NCBI GenBank assembly: GCA_934101115.1
Contig: CAKOPW010000009.1
Span: 677 to 64,676 of the forward strand
DNA length: 64,000 nt
Reading direction: 5' to 3'
Source of the DNA: an uncultured Bacilli bacterium
GTDB taxonomy: Bacteria; Bacillota_I; Bacilli_A; RF39; UBA660
Within the stretch, counting starts at the first letter, position 1. Each line of letters begins with the position of its first letter. This document shows positions 1 to 9,060 of the stretch, in pieces. Made by a program: the position numbers and the translations under genes. Below the pieces are notes generated by a model. That model ran no database searches and had not been told where the DNA came from. It saw nothing but the letters and a program-made list of their open reading frames with translations.

Positions 1-657
1 ATAACATTTGAAACATTAAAATTAAAAACATTAAATCAAACATCAGTACTTACATATGAAGTAACAAATAACTCAAGTAACTATGATGCAGAAGTGCGTG
101 TAACATGTGTACCAAAGGACGGAACAACAGCAAAATATACAAGTATAAAGAACAAACTTGAAAATGATGCAATGGTTGTAGAAGCAAAAGAAACATTAAA
201 CGGAACATTAACAGTAACACTAGATAAAACATCAACGGAGGAAGTAACAGAAGAATATACATGTAAATTAGAATTCAATGCCGTAGAAAGGGATACATTA
301 GGTAGTAGTGAATTAATATATTATTATGAGTTCGGAATACCAACAACATCAAGTACAACAAATTATACAGCATTAGGAAAAAATGTGTTCATAAGATTAG
401 GAACTGATGATTCAAAATCGGTATGTATAAATGATAATGGATTATTTTGTATAAAAGTAAATGATTATGATAATTCAGCAGGTTCTTTGAAAGATCATTT
501 TGGAGAATCTGGTTGTTCTAGTAATAATTCTCTCATCCATTGTAATTCTGACACTTTCAACTGTGTTGCTTATTTGACAGGGCGTGTGTTTTGCAGTGAA
601 AGTTTAAGTAACGACCGTTGTAGTGTTGATTCTGTTGGCACGATTACTTGTAGTTAA
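1..657 (+). CDS. hypothetical secreted/surface protein, 5'-truncated by the window edge, Cys-rich C-terminus
   Basis: Frame 1 is open from base 1 through the listed ORF (94..657) to the stop at 655-657. The protein is Thr/Asn/Ser-rich with about 10 Cys in the last ~85 aa. A hairpin terminator follows. No family recognised. Confidence 0.5.
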   Translation: MTFETLKLKTLNQTSVLTYEVTNNSSNYDAEVRVTCVPKDGTTAKYTSIKNKLENDAMVVEAKETLNGTLTVTLDKTSTEEVTEEYTCKLEFNAVERDTLGSSELIYYYEFGIPTTSSTTNYTALGKNVFIRLGTDDSKSVCINDNGLFCIKVNDYDNSAGSLKDHFGESGCSSNNSLIHCNSDTFNCVAYLTGRVFCSESLSNDRCSVDSVGTITCS

Positions 658-683
658 TTTTTCCTTTATTTAACTAAAATATG

Positions 684-714
684 AAAAGCAAAAACGTTTT
701 ATTGCTTTTTTTTT
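684..714 (+). terminator. rho-independent terminator
   Basis: Stem aaaagcaa (684-691) pairs with ttgctttt (702-709) and is followed by a T-run. Confidence 0.6.
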
Positions 715-730
715 ATGTATAAATTATAAT
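702..730 (+). promoter_or_regulatory. putative sigma-A promoter of the suf operon
   Basis: TTGCTT (702-707), 17 nt spacer, TATAAT (725-730). Confidence 0.4.
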
Positions 731-746
731 TATCTTGGTGGTTTTT

Positions 747-1484
747 ATGTTAAGTATAAAAAATTTAACAGTTAAAGTTAATGGTAAAACTATATTACAT
801 GACTTTAACTTGGATATAAATGATGGTGAAATTGTTACTCTTATGGGACCTAATGGGGTTGGAAAGAGTACAATATGCAAAGTTATTATGGGAGATCCTA
901 CTTATGAAGTAATAAGTGGTAGTATTTTTTATAATGATACAGATTTACTTTCTCTTACAACTGATGAAAGAAGTAGAAGAGGGATATTTTTATTAGCTCA
1001 AAATCCAATTGAACTTGAAGGTATTACTAATGCTGAAGTATTAAGAAGTGCTTTAGAGTGTAAAACAGGAGAACATGTAAATATCTTTGATTTTAATAGA
1101 AAGGTTACTGAGATATGTAAAAAACTAAATATACCTGTTGAATTTATTCATCGTGGTGTTAATGAAGGTATGAGTGGTGGAGAAAAGAAAAAAAATGAAA
1201 TTCTTCATTTATATGTTTTAGAGCCTAAATTAATTCTTTTGGATGAACTTGACAGTGGATTAGATGTTGATAGTTTAAAAAGTTTAAGTGCATCTTTAAT
1301 GGATTATAAAGATGAAACAGTATCAATTTTAATCATTACACATCATACTAATATATTAGAGTATATTAAACCTGATAAAGTTTCAATTTTAAGTGGTGGA
1401 AGTATTGTTAAAGAAGGAGATGCTTCTTTAGCCCGTGAAATCGAGACATCTGGCTTTAGTGCGTATGAAGTGAGTGAAAAATAG
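747..1484 (+). CDS. sufC: Fe-S cluster assembly ATPase SufC
   Basis: Walker A GPNGVGKST, signature MSGGEKKK, Walker B LLDELDSGLD. Lies at the head of a suf cluster. ATG at 747 is preferred over the upstream listed start (RBS-like ttggtgg). Confidence 0.9.
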   Translation: MLSIKNLTVKVNGKTILHDFNLDINDGEIVTLMGPNGVGKSTICKVIMGDPTYEVISGSIFYNDTDLLSLTTDERSRRGIFLLAQNPIELEGITNAEVLRSALECKTGEHVNIFDFNRKVTEICKKLNIPVEFIHRGVNEGMSGGEKKKNEILHLYVLEPKLILLDELDSGLDVDSLKSLSASLMDYKDETVSILIITHHTNILEYIKPDKVSILSGGSIVKEGDASLAREIETSGFSAYEVSEK

Positions 1485-1485
1485 T

Positions 1486-2112
1486 ATGAAGAATAATATA
1501 TTATTGGATGGAGTTAATTATCAATTAGAAACTACAACTAATGCATTTGATGTAACTGGTTCTGTTAAAGTATTCATCATAAATAAGAATGTTAAAGATT
1601 TAAAATTTAATATGACTGACTCATCAACTTTGGAAATAATTAACTTTAGTGAAATTGAAAGTGATACTAAAATTGAAATAAATATGCATAATAATTCAAC
1701 ATTCAAATATGTTTCAAATATTGACGTAAATGCAAGTTATAAATTAAATATACTTTTAAATATGCTTGGAAATAATTCTTTAAGTGATATAGAAATATCT
1801 GGTGTAGTAAGTGGAAGCGCTGATATAAGTGTTAATTCATTTGATGAAGTTGGAACAATTGATAATACAATAGATGAAAATATAAGAATATTAAATGATG
1901 GTGGTAAAGTACATGTAGAACCAATTCTTAGAGTAGGATCACGTAATGTAATAGCTAATCATAGTAATTCTATAACTGATGTTAATCCCGATTATTTATT
2001 TTATTTAAAAACTAAAGGAATAACAGAAGAAGTTGCACGCAAAATCATAATAGACTCTTATAAGTATGGATTAGTGAGCAAATATGAAGAATTAAAAAAT
2101 ATAAAAAAATAA
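1486..2112 (+). CDS. short SufB/SufD-family protein (about 208 aa, no cysteine)
   Basis: C-terminal NPDYLFYLKTKGITEEVARKIIIDSY matches the conserved SufB/D tail (..QLFYL.SRGI.E..A..L...). It lies between sufC and sufS. The start is uncertain (GTG 1474 or ATG 1486). Confidence 0.6.
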   Translation: MKNNILLDGVNYQLETTTNAFDVTGSVKVFIINKNVKDLKFNMTDSSTLEIINFSEIESDTKIEINMHNNSTFKYVSNIDVNASYKLNILLNMLGNNSLSDIEISGVVSGSADISVNSFDEVGTIDNTIDENIRILNDGGKVHVEPILRVGSRNVIANHSNSITDVNPDYLFYLKTKGITEEVARKIIIDSYKYGLVSKYEELKNIKK

Positions 2113-2124
2113 AGGAGGTGTAAT

Positions 2125-3318
2125 ATGTATAGAGAAGATTTTCCGATGTTTGATAATGATATTATATATTTAGATAATGGAGCTACTACTTTTAAACCTA
2201 AATGTGTAATAGATAAGATGACGGAATATTATACTAAATATTCAGCAAATGCGCATAGGGGAGATTATGATATCTCATATAAAGTTGATGTTGAATATGA
2301 AAATGCACGTAAACTTGTTTCTAGATTTATCAATGCAGAAATGGATGAAGTAGTTTTTACAAGTGGGGCAACAGAATCTTTAAACATGATAGCAAGTGGA
2401 TTTTTTGAACATATTTTAGAACCTGGTGATGAAGTTTTAATAACTTTATCAGAACACGCAAGCAATGTTTTACCATGGTTTATGCTTGCACGTAAAAATG
2501 GCATAATAGTCAAAAATATAGAATTAGACTCTAATTTACATGTTACTTTAAACAATGTAATTAAAGCTATCACTCCTAATACTAAAGTAATATCTCTTGC
2601 GCATATAACAAATGTGGTTGGAGATATTAGACCAATAAAAGAAATATGTGAATATGCTCATGAACACAATATCTTTGTTGTTGTTGATGGTGCTCAAAGT
2701 GTTCCTCACATAAAAACTGATGTAAAAGACCTTGACTGTGATTTTCTTTCATTCTCTGCTCATAAAATGTGCGGACCAACTGGAGTAGGTGTTCTTTATG
2801 GAAAGCATGAACTTCTTGAGAACTTAGTTCCAATCAATTATGGTGGTGGCATGAATGAATCTTTTGATTCAATAGATGAAGTATATTTAAAAGATTTACC
2901 AACAAGATTAGAAGCAGGTACTCCAAATATTGCATCAGTAATTGGATTTGGGGAAGCAATAAAATATTTAAATAATGTTGGTATGGATAATATTACAATT
3001 CATGAAATAAAATTAAAAAAATATTTAATTGAAAAATTAAAAACAATACCTCATATAAACATTGTAAACGATGAATGTGATTCAGGAATAATTGCTTTTA
3101 ATGTAGATGGTGTATTTGCACAGGATGTAGCATACTTCTTAAATAAATATCATATTTGTGTTAGAGCTGGAAATCATTGCGCTAAGATATTAAAAAGTGC
3201 AATTGGTGTAAAAAATACAGTAAGAATTAGCATGTATTTTTATAATACTTATGAAGAATGTGACAAAGTTTATGAACTATTAAAAGATAAAAATAGAATA
3301 ATAAGTGAGATGATCTAA
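2125..3318 (+). CDS. sufS: cysteine desulfurase SufS (class V aminotransferase)
   Basis: PLP-lysine context SFSAHKMCGPTGVGVLYG and catalytic Cys context RAGNHCA. RBS aaaggagg lies upstream. Confidence 0.9.
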   Translation: MYREDFPMFDNDIIYLDNGATTFKPKCVIDKMTEYYTKYSANAHRGDYDISYKVDVEYENARKLVSRFINAEMDEVVFTSGATESLNMIASGFFEHILEPGDEVLITLSEHASNVLPWFMLARKNGIIVKNIELDSNLHVTLNNVIKAITPNTKVISLAHITNVVGDIRPIKEICEYAHEHNIFVVVDGAQSVPHIKTDVKDLDCDFLSFSAHKMCGPTGVGVLYGKHELLENLVPINYGGGMNESFDSIDEVYLKDLPTRLEAGTPNIASVIGFGEAIKYLNNVGMDNITIHEIKLKKYLIEKLKTIPHINIVNDECDSGIIAFNVDGVFAQDVAYFLNKYHICVRAGNHCAKILKSAIGVKNTVRISMYFYNTYEECDKVYELLKDKNRIISEMI

Positions 3319-3320
3319 TA

Positions 3321-3749
3321 ATGGACGGAATTGAAAAAAGAGAAATAATACTTGATAATTACTCTCATCCATTTCATAAAACAAGCGAGAATGTAGATGG
3401 ATATATAAAAGTAAATTCAAATAACGAATCGTGTATAGATAACATTGATATCTATGTGTTAATAAAAAATGGTATACTTGAAGACATTAAATTTGATGGA
3501 GAAGCGTGTGCCATATCAACATCTTCAACATCAATTATGATAAGAAATCTGATTGGAAAAACAGAAGAAGAAGCTCTTGAATATATAAATAACTTTGAAG
3601 CAATGCTTAATGAAGAAGAATATGATGGTTCTTCTTTAAATGAAGCGATTGTCTTTGACGAAACTTATAAACAAGGTAATAGAAAAACATGTGTGACTTT
3701 GCCTTATGTAGGATTAAAGAAAATTTTGGAACAACATAAAGAGGATTAA
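3321..3749 (+). CDS. sufU: SufU/IscU-like Fe-S/sulfur-transfer protein
   Basis: 142 aa with three conserved Cys contexts (NESCID, GEACAISTSS, RKTCVTLP). Directly follows sufS. Confidence 0.85.
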   Translation: MDGIEKREIILDNYSHPFHKTSENVDGYIKVNSNNESCIDNIDIYVLIKNGILEDIKFDGEACAISTSSTSIMIRNLIGKTEEEALEYINNFEAMLNEEEYDGSSLNEAIVFDETYKQGNRKTCVTLPYVGLKKILEQHKED

Positions 3750-3750
3750 G

Positions 3751-4521
3751 CTAATCCTCTTTTAATATGTCTAATACATGCGTTGATAAACCGAGCATTT
3801 CATGTCTTTCACATATTGATAATTGAAATTTTATAAATAGTTCAAATTCTTCGTCATTTAATTTGTTGATATATTCTCTCATATAGTTAGATATGCTATC
3901 TTGAGAGATAATTTTAATTCTTCTTAAATTGGCAAGTTTATTTAAATTATCAATGTCATCAAGTCTTGCGTATGAATAAAGATCATCTTTTTTAGAAATA
4001 ATATGAAAACTATCATCAATTTTATCTGTTTCTTCAAGAATATGTCTATCTTTAAATCCGTGTCTTATAATAGCATAATCATTCATAATATATGAAATAA
4101 GTATTGTACCGTTTTTCTTTAAAACTCTTTTTGCCTCATTTAAACATTTTAATTTTTCTTCTGTAGATATTAAATGATACATTGGACCGAATATTAGAAT
4201 CACATCAAAACTATTATCTTCAAGCATGTTCAAATTAGTCGCATTTCCATGTATTAATTTAATATTGTGACTATTTTTTTCAATTACTTTTAGATTATGT
4301 TTAACAAGTTCTAAAGCAGTAACGTCATAATACTCACTTAGAGGAATTGTATAAGCTCCACATCCCGCACCTAAATCAAGTATTCTAGGTTTCTTATAAT
4401 TTTTTAAAATTTCTTCTATATATTTCATAGTTACTATAAATTCAACACGACCATGTCTTGTTTTTAATCTTTTGTCTTCATTAAATTTATTATAATAATC
4501 ATTTAAGTTTTTTTCGTTCAT
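3751..4521 (-). CDS. class I SAM-dependent methyltransferase
   Basis: Motif I ILDLGAGCGAYT and the general Methyltransf_11/25 pattern. One of the few minus-strand genes. Confidence 0.75.
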   Translation of the reverse strand: MNEKNLNDYYNKFNEDKRLKTRHGRVEFIVTMKYIEEILKNYKKPRILDLGAGCGAYTIPLSEYYDVTALELVKHNLKVIEKNSHNIKLIHGNATNLNMLEDNSFDVILIFGPMYHLISTEEKLKCLNEAKRVLKKNGTILISYIMNDYAIIRHGFKDRHILEETDKIDDSFHIISKKDDLYSYARLDDIDNLNKLANLRRIKIISQDSISNYMREYINKLNDEEFELFIKFQLSICERHEMLGLSTHVLDILKED

Positions 4522-4603
4522 AAATATAACCTCTTGAATATTATAGCATCTCTTTTATTTTAATAACAAGTTTGCTATAATAATTAAAAGTGAGGAATAA
4601 TTT

Positions 4604-5185
4604 ATGACGTTAGTTGAAATTGAAGCGAAATTAAAAATAAATTTTGAAGAAAGTTATGAAGCGTTTTTGGAAGCTTTGAAGCTAATTAAAACAGATGAAC
4701 TTAGAGAAGAAATGAAAAGCAAATTTTTGAAGACAATAGAGCCATATGTAAATTCATTTTATCATAAAGATCATATTGTCTATGAAATAAAAAAACTGAA
4801 ATATTTTGGATTTATTCATAACGCAGATATTGAGTTTTATCTTCAATATGTATTGGAAAATTATGACGAAGAAACGTTTAATAGATTTTATTCTACCGTT
4901 TATGAAATTGGCCTTTCATCAACAAGTACAGCATCAAGAATATGTCATAATTCTTCTTGGTATACTGGAAAAAAGGATAAAGAAAGAATTATTGAAGAAA
5001 CTTTTAGAAGTGGACATTTGTTAGCAAATACTTTTGAAGAAGAAATAAGAAAGTGTATTGAGAATGTAATAGAAATTGAAATAGATTATATCAATGAATG
5101 TCAAAAAAAATCATTAAAAGGTGAAACTTATTGTGACAATTGTTCACCGCTTTGTCTAGAGAAAAGGATAGCTAGGGAGGAATAG
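4604..5185 (+). CDS. hypothetical protein
   Basis: Clean 193-aa ORF with an RBS (gtgaggaa), abutting gmk. C-terminal CxxC (CDNCSPLC). No family recognised. Confidence 0.5.
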   Translation: MTLVEIEAKLKINFEESYEAFLEALKLIKTDELREEMKSKFLKTIEPYVNSFYHKDHIVYEIKKLKYFGFIHNADIEFYLQYVLENYDEETFNRFYSTVYEIGLSSTSTASRICHNSSWYTGKKDKERIIEETFRSGHLLANTFEEEIRKCIENVIEIEIDYINECQKKSLKGETYCDNCSPLCLEKRIAREE

Positions 5186-5187
5186 TT

Positions 5188-5868
5188 ATGGACGTTATTA
5201 AAGAGAAAAGCAGAGGATCATTAATTGTTATAAGTGGTCCAAGTGGTGCTGGTAAGGGTACTGTTATTAAAGAATTTTTAAATATTCATGAAAATGCATG
5301 GTTAAGTATTTCTTGTACTTCAAGATCTCCTAGACCTGGAGATAAGGAAGGCGAAACGTATTATTTTTTATCAAAAGAAGAATTTGAGGAAATGATTAGA
5401 AATAACGAATTTTTAGAATATGCTGAGTATAATGGTGCTTATTATGGTACTCCTAAAAAGTATATAGATGATAGATTAAATAGTGGAATTGATGTTATCT
5501 TAGAAATTGAAGTTCAAGGAGCTTTAAAGGTTCGTGAACTTTTACCTGAAGCAATATGTATATTTATTCTTCCACCTTCAATGAGTGAACTTAGACGTAG
5601 ACTTACATGTCGTGGAACAGAAACTAAAGATAAAGTACTTTCGAGATTTAAAAGAGCATATCAAGAAATTAATGAAGTTAAAGATTATAACTACGTTGTA
5701 GTTAATGATACAGTAGAAAATGCTGTACAAAAGATAACAAGCATATTGATTGCATCTAAATGTTCTGTTGATAGAATTGAAAATATTTATTTAGACAATC
5801 AAGAAGAAGAAATCCATGAAATATTGATGGATAAAACGTTTGAAAATCGTGACATTCATATTGACTAG
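5188..5868 (+). CDS. gmk: guanylate kinase
   Basis: P-loop GPSGAGKGT, TSR.PR.GE..G..Y.F and EIEVQGA motifs. Has a C-terminal extension of about 20 aa relative to typical Gmk. Confidence 0.9.
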   Translation: MDVIKEKSRGSLIVISGPSGAGKGTVIKEFLNIHENAWLSISCTSRSPRPGDKEGETYYFLSKEEFEEMIRNNEFLEYAEYNGAYYGTPKKYIDDRLNSGIDVILEIEVQGALKVRELLPEAICIFILPPSMSELRRRLTCRGTETKDKVLSRFKRAYQEINEVKDYNYVVVNDTVENAVQKITSILIASKCSVDRIENIYLDNQEEEIHEILMDKTFENRDIHID

Positions 5869-5899
5869 ATAAAGAAAATAAGATAAAATTTTGTTTGTA

Positions 5900-6096
5900 A
5901 AGCGAAGATATGAGATTAGTAATAAATGATTTGTTTTGAAGAGAGTTTGTGGCTGGTGTAAACAAACAATAAATATTTATGAATCTCCTCATTAGTGTTG
6001 TTAATAGCAACCGGGGTTAAACCGTTATCTAAATTAAGTTAAAAGTAGGATGGTACCGCACATAAGTGCTCCTTTGGGTGGTATCATTTTTTTTAT
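5900..6096 (+). promoter_or_regulatory. T-box leader (tRNA-sensing riboswitch), Ser specifier
   Basis: Stem I elements: AGUA (5918-5921), AG bulge gaagagag (5938-5945), and distal hairpin gtttgt/acaaac with a GGTGTAA loop (5955-5961). GAA-UCU lies at 5981-5986 in the specifier position. T-box sequence aggatggtaccgca (6047-6060) is followed by a terminator-like stem and T-run (6087-6094), just before the RBS at 6101. Confidence 0.75.
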
Positions 6097-6111
6097 TAGA
6101 AAGGAGTGTTT

Positions 6112-6867
6112 ATGAGAAAAGTAATAACTGATGACTGTCATAAAAAGCAAAGTTTATCTAATAGAATAAAACAGTTGAATAGGTTAAAACAGCTGGGATT
6201 TAAATTAGTCTATAGTGAAAATCTAGAATCTTATAAAGATAAGTATATTTGTATACATTCTTTACCGGATAATTTATTTGATTTAGTTGACTTATTTGAC
6301 ACAAGCAGAATAACTGATGATAATAATTTGCTTATCAGTTTTTCTAGAGAAGATTTAGAAAAAATAAGAGAAATGGATGACCAATATCTTAAGGCTGCTG
6401 TAATAGTTCGAAGAGTGTTTGCAAATGTTTTGGATAAAGCAGGTAATCCGTATATAAATCATTTATATACTGTTTCTATAAGTGAAGATTATATTTCTTC
6501 AGTTGCTGGATTATTGCATGATATTATAAAGGATACAAATGTAACTGCTTTAGATTTATTAGAGGTTGGAATTGATAGAGACATAGTTGAAACTGTGTTT
6601 ATTGTTACAAATCCTTTAAAAGATGAAATACTTTTAAGTGATGAGGATCGACTTAATGCTTACAATGAAGAAATAGATTCAATTATAAATAGTGGAAATC
6701 CACATGCGTTAAGATTAAAGATGCGTGATATGAAAAATAATTATGATCCAAAAAGATTAGAGCTTTTATCGATAGAACAACAGGAATGGCTTGGAAAAAA
6801 ATATGGTAATAATTTAAAAAAATTAGAAAAAGCATTAGAAAGTAGGAATAAAGATGATAGATATTAA
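6112..6867 (+). CDS. HD-domain protein, RelA/SpoT-type (small alarmone hydrolase-like)
   Basis: DKAGNPYINHLYTVS ... VAGLLHDIIKDT resembles the SpoT/Mesh1 HD hydrolase core (K.G.PY..H...V, LLHD..EDT). ATG 6112 lies behind RBS aaggag. The 3' end overlaps serS by 14 nt. Confidence 0.6.
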   Translation: MRKVITDDCHKKQSLSNRIKQLNRLKQLGFKLVYSENLESYKDKYICIHSLPDNLFDLVDLFDTSRITDDNNLLISFSREDLEKIREMDDQYLKAAVIVRRVFANVLDKAGNPYINHLYTVSISEDYISSVAGLLHDIIKDTNVTALDLLEVGIDRDIVETVFIVTNPLKDEILLSDEDRLNAYNEEIDSIINSGNPHALRLKMRDMKNNYDPKRLELLSIEQQEWLGKKYGNNLKKLEKALESRNKDDRY

Positions 6868-8143
6868 ATTAATAAGAGAAAATAAAGAATTAGTAAAAGA
6901 GAATATAAAGAAAAAATTTCAGGATGAAAAATTACCTTTAGTTGATGAAATATATGATTTAGATAATGAGTATAGAGATACTAAACTAAAAATGGATACT
7001 ATGCGTGCTGAAAAAAATAAATTAAGTTCTGAAATTGGAAACTTAATGCGTGATGGAAAAAGTGAAGAAGCTGAAGCAATAAAGACAAAAGTATCCACTA
7101 TGGGAAGTGAAATAGATACTTTAACTTCTAGAGAAGAAGAACTAAGCAAAATAATTAAGGAAAAAATGATGGTTATTCCAAATATTGTTGCTCAAGATGT
7201 TCCAGTAGGTAAAGATGATTCAGAAAATGTTGAGTTAAAAAGATTTGGAGAAGCAACTGTACCAGCTTATGAAATACCATATCATGCTGATATTCTTGAA
7301 AGCATTGATGGACTAGATAAAGAAGCAAGCGGTAGAACAAGTGGAAATGGTTTCTATTATTTAATGGGTGATGCTGCAAGACTTTCAAGTGCAATGCTTG
7401 CATATGCAAGAGACTTCATGGTACAAAAGGGTTTCACTTATTGTATTCCTCCATTTATGATTAGAAGTGACGTTGTAACTGGTGTTATGAGTTTTACTGA
7501 AATGGATGCCATGATGTATAAAATTGAAGGAGAAGATTTATATTTAATTGGTACAAGTGAACACTCAATGATTGGTAAATTTAAAGATCAATTAATAAAA
7601 AAAGAAAGTTTACCTATTTGTATGACTTCTTATTCACCTTGTTTTAGAAAAGAAGTAGGTGCTCACGGTATTGAAGAAAGAGGAATATATAGAGTTCATC
7701 AATTTGAAAAACAAGAAATGATTGTTCTATGTGAACCAGAAGATAGTGATGCTTGGTATGAACGTATGTGGAATTTTACAGTTGAATTATTTAGAAGTTT
7801 AAATATTCCAGTAAGACAACTTGAATGTTGTACTGGAGATTTAGCTGATTTAAAATATAAATCATGTGATGTTGAAGCTTGGAGTCCAAGACAACAAAAG
7901 TTTTTTGAAGTAGGTTCTTGTTCAAATTTAACTGATGCTCAAGCAAGAAGACTTGGTATTCGTGTTAAAAGTGATAAAGGAAATTATTATCTTCATACGC
8001 TTAACAATACAGTACTTGCATCTACTCGTGCTTTGATTGCTTTAATTGAGAATAACTATAATGAAGATGGAAGTATAACAATTCCTGAACCTTTAAGAAT
8101 GTATATGTTAGGTCAAGAAAAAATTGAACCAAAAAGAAAATAG
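6854..8143 (+). CDS. serS: seryl-tRNA synthetase
   Basis: N-terminal coiled-coil arm (MIDIKLIREN...) and class II motifs (FRKE.G..G...RGI.RVHQF.K.E). 429 aa. Confidence 0.95.
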   Translation: MIDIKLIRENKELVKENIKKKFQDEKLPLVDEIYDLDNEYRDTKLKMDTMRAEKNKLSSEIGNLMRDGKSEEAEAIKTKVSTMGSEIDTLTSREEELSKIIKEKMMVIPNIVAQDVPVGKDDSENVELKRFGEATVPAYEIPYHADILESIDGLDKEASGRTSGNGFYYLMGDAARLSSAMLAYARDFMVQKGFTYCIPPFMIRSDVVTGVMSFTEMDAMMYKIEGEDLYLIGTSEHSMIGKFKDQLIKKESLPICMTSYSPCFRKEVGAHGIEERGIYRVHQFEKQEMIVLCEPEDSDAWYERMWNFTVELFRSLNIPVRQLECCTGDLADLKYKSCDVEAWSPRQQKFFEVGSCSNLTDAQARRLGIRVKSDKGNYYLHTLNNTVLASTRALIALIENNYNEDGSITIPEPLRMYMLGQEKIEPKRK

Positions 8144-8193
8144 CTAGTTTGCTATTTTTTTTGTAATTAAATATAATATATTTGAGGTGAACT

Positions 8194-8988
8194 ATGAATT
8201 ACAAACTATTAAACGAAGCTGTTCAATATATTGAAAATCATTTAGATGAAGAAATAGATTATGATAAGTTAAGCAAAATAACAGGAATGAATATTTTTAT
8301 TTTAGAAAGAATTTTTAATTTTTTAACTGGAATAACCTTAAAAGAATATATTAAAAGAAGAAGATTAGGTGCTGCCTTTGAAGAAATAAAAAATACTGAC
8401 AATAAAATTATTGATGTAGCATTTAAATATCAATTTAATTCAGCAGCCTCTTTTACTCGTGCTTTTAAAAAGCAATTTGCAATTTCTCCAAGCGTATGTC
8501 GTAAAGCAGATATAGTTTATCAAAGTGTGCCAATAATTACTTTTCCCATAGATGATGGAAAATTTAATTTTGATTATGAAATAAAAACGCTTGATCAAAG
8601 AGTATTATATTGCTACCATTTATCTGAAAAAAACCATGATGATTTACTTTATAAAATAAGAAGATTGTTTTGCACTTTAAAACAAGAACAAGATTATTAT
8701 GAATTAATAGAAAAGGAAATGCTTTATGGCATTTTTATAAAACACAACGACAAGTATGAATATTATTTAGGAACTTCAATAAAAAATGAAAATTTGGAAG
8801 TTTATAAGTTAGATAAAAAGCAGTATGTGATATTTAAATTAATTGGTGATAAACAAAATGAAATAGTTTCACTTGAAAAGAAAATCATAAAGTCATGGTA
8901 TCCATCAACTAGATATAATGCTGATAAAAATATCATGATAGAAAATTATTCTAATGATTACACATATATTATGTTACCACTAAAATAG
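8194..8988 (+). CDS. AraC-family transcriptional regulator with GyrI-like effector domain
   Basis: N-terminal HTH_18 pattern (LSKITGMN...YIKRRRLGAAFEEI...FNSAASFTRAFKKQF). The C-terminal ~150 aa is of GyrI/SOUL type. Confidence 0.8.
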   Translation: MNYKLLNEAVQYIENHLDEEIDYDKLSKITGMNIFILERIFNFLTGITLKEYIKRRRLGAAFEEIKNTDNKIIDVAFKYQFNSAASFTRAFKKQFAISPSVCRKADIVYQSVPIITFPIDDGKFNFDYEIKTLDQRVLYCYHLSEKNHDDLLYKIRRLFCTLKQEQDYYELIEKEMLYGIFIKHNDKYEYYLGTSIKNENLEVYKLDKKQYVIFKLIGDKQNEIVSLEKKIIKSWYPSTRYNADKNIMIENYSNDYTYIMLPLK

Positions 8989-9060
8989 TTTACATAATTG
9001 ATATAGAAATTGTAAAGAATCTAGAGATTAACTTTTTTATAATTGATTTGGTGATTAGTT

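Noticed and set aside
50-278. Two minus-strand ORFs (70 and 65 aa), and many similar antisense ORFs in the track (for example 1521-1706, 2265-2573, 2627-2833, 5756-6010, 6919-7149, 7173-7409, 15110-15359, 19211-19399, 25454-25678, 29515-29700, 30782-30979, 32571-32891, 36535-36759, 38097-38899, 40955-41140, 43704-44251, 45927-46112, 49424-49612, 51350-52265, 52490-52741, 53963-54208, 55561-55749, 56523-56762, 59727-59957, 63696-63932).
   Set aside because: All lie antisense to ORFs with clear family motifs or better coding features. They encode Leu/Ile/Phe/Ser-rich junk and lack RBSs.
4806-5024. 72-aa + strand ORF nested in another frame of the 4604-5185 gene.
   Set aside because: It lies entirely inside a longer ORF that has a good RBS, and it has no independent support.
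5770-5868. The gmk C-terminal extension as a possible fused or degenerate rpoZ (omega subunit), since rpoZ normally follows gmk.
   Set aside because: There is no resemblance to omega-subunit sequence, and the region downstream is occupied by the T-box leader.
5984-5991. Alternative reading of the T-box specifier as CUC (Leu) followed by A, with UGGU in the antiterminator bulge.
   Set aside because: The stem I architecture (AGUA on the 5' side, GAA directly preceding the codon) places UCU in the specifier position. The regulated operon also contains serS. The Leu reading remains possible until the leader is folded computationally.
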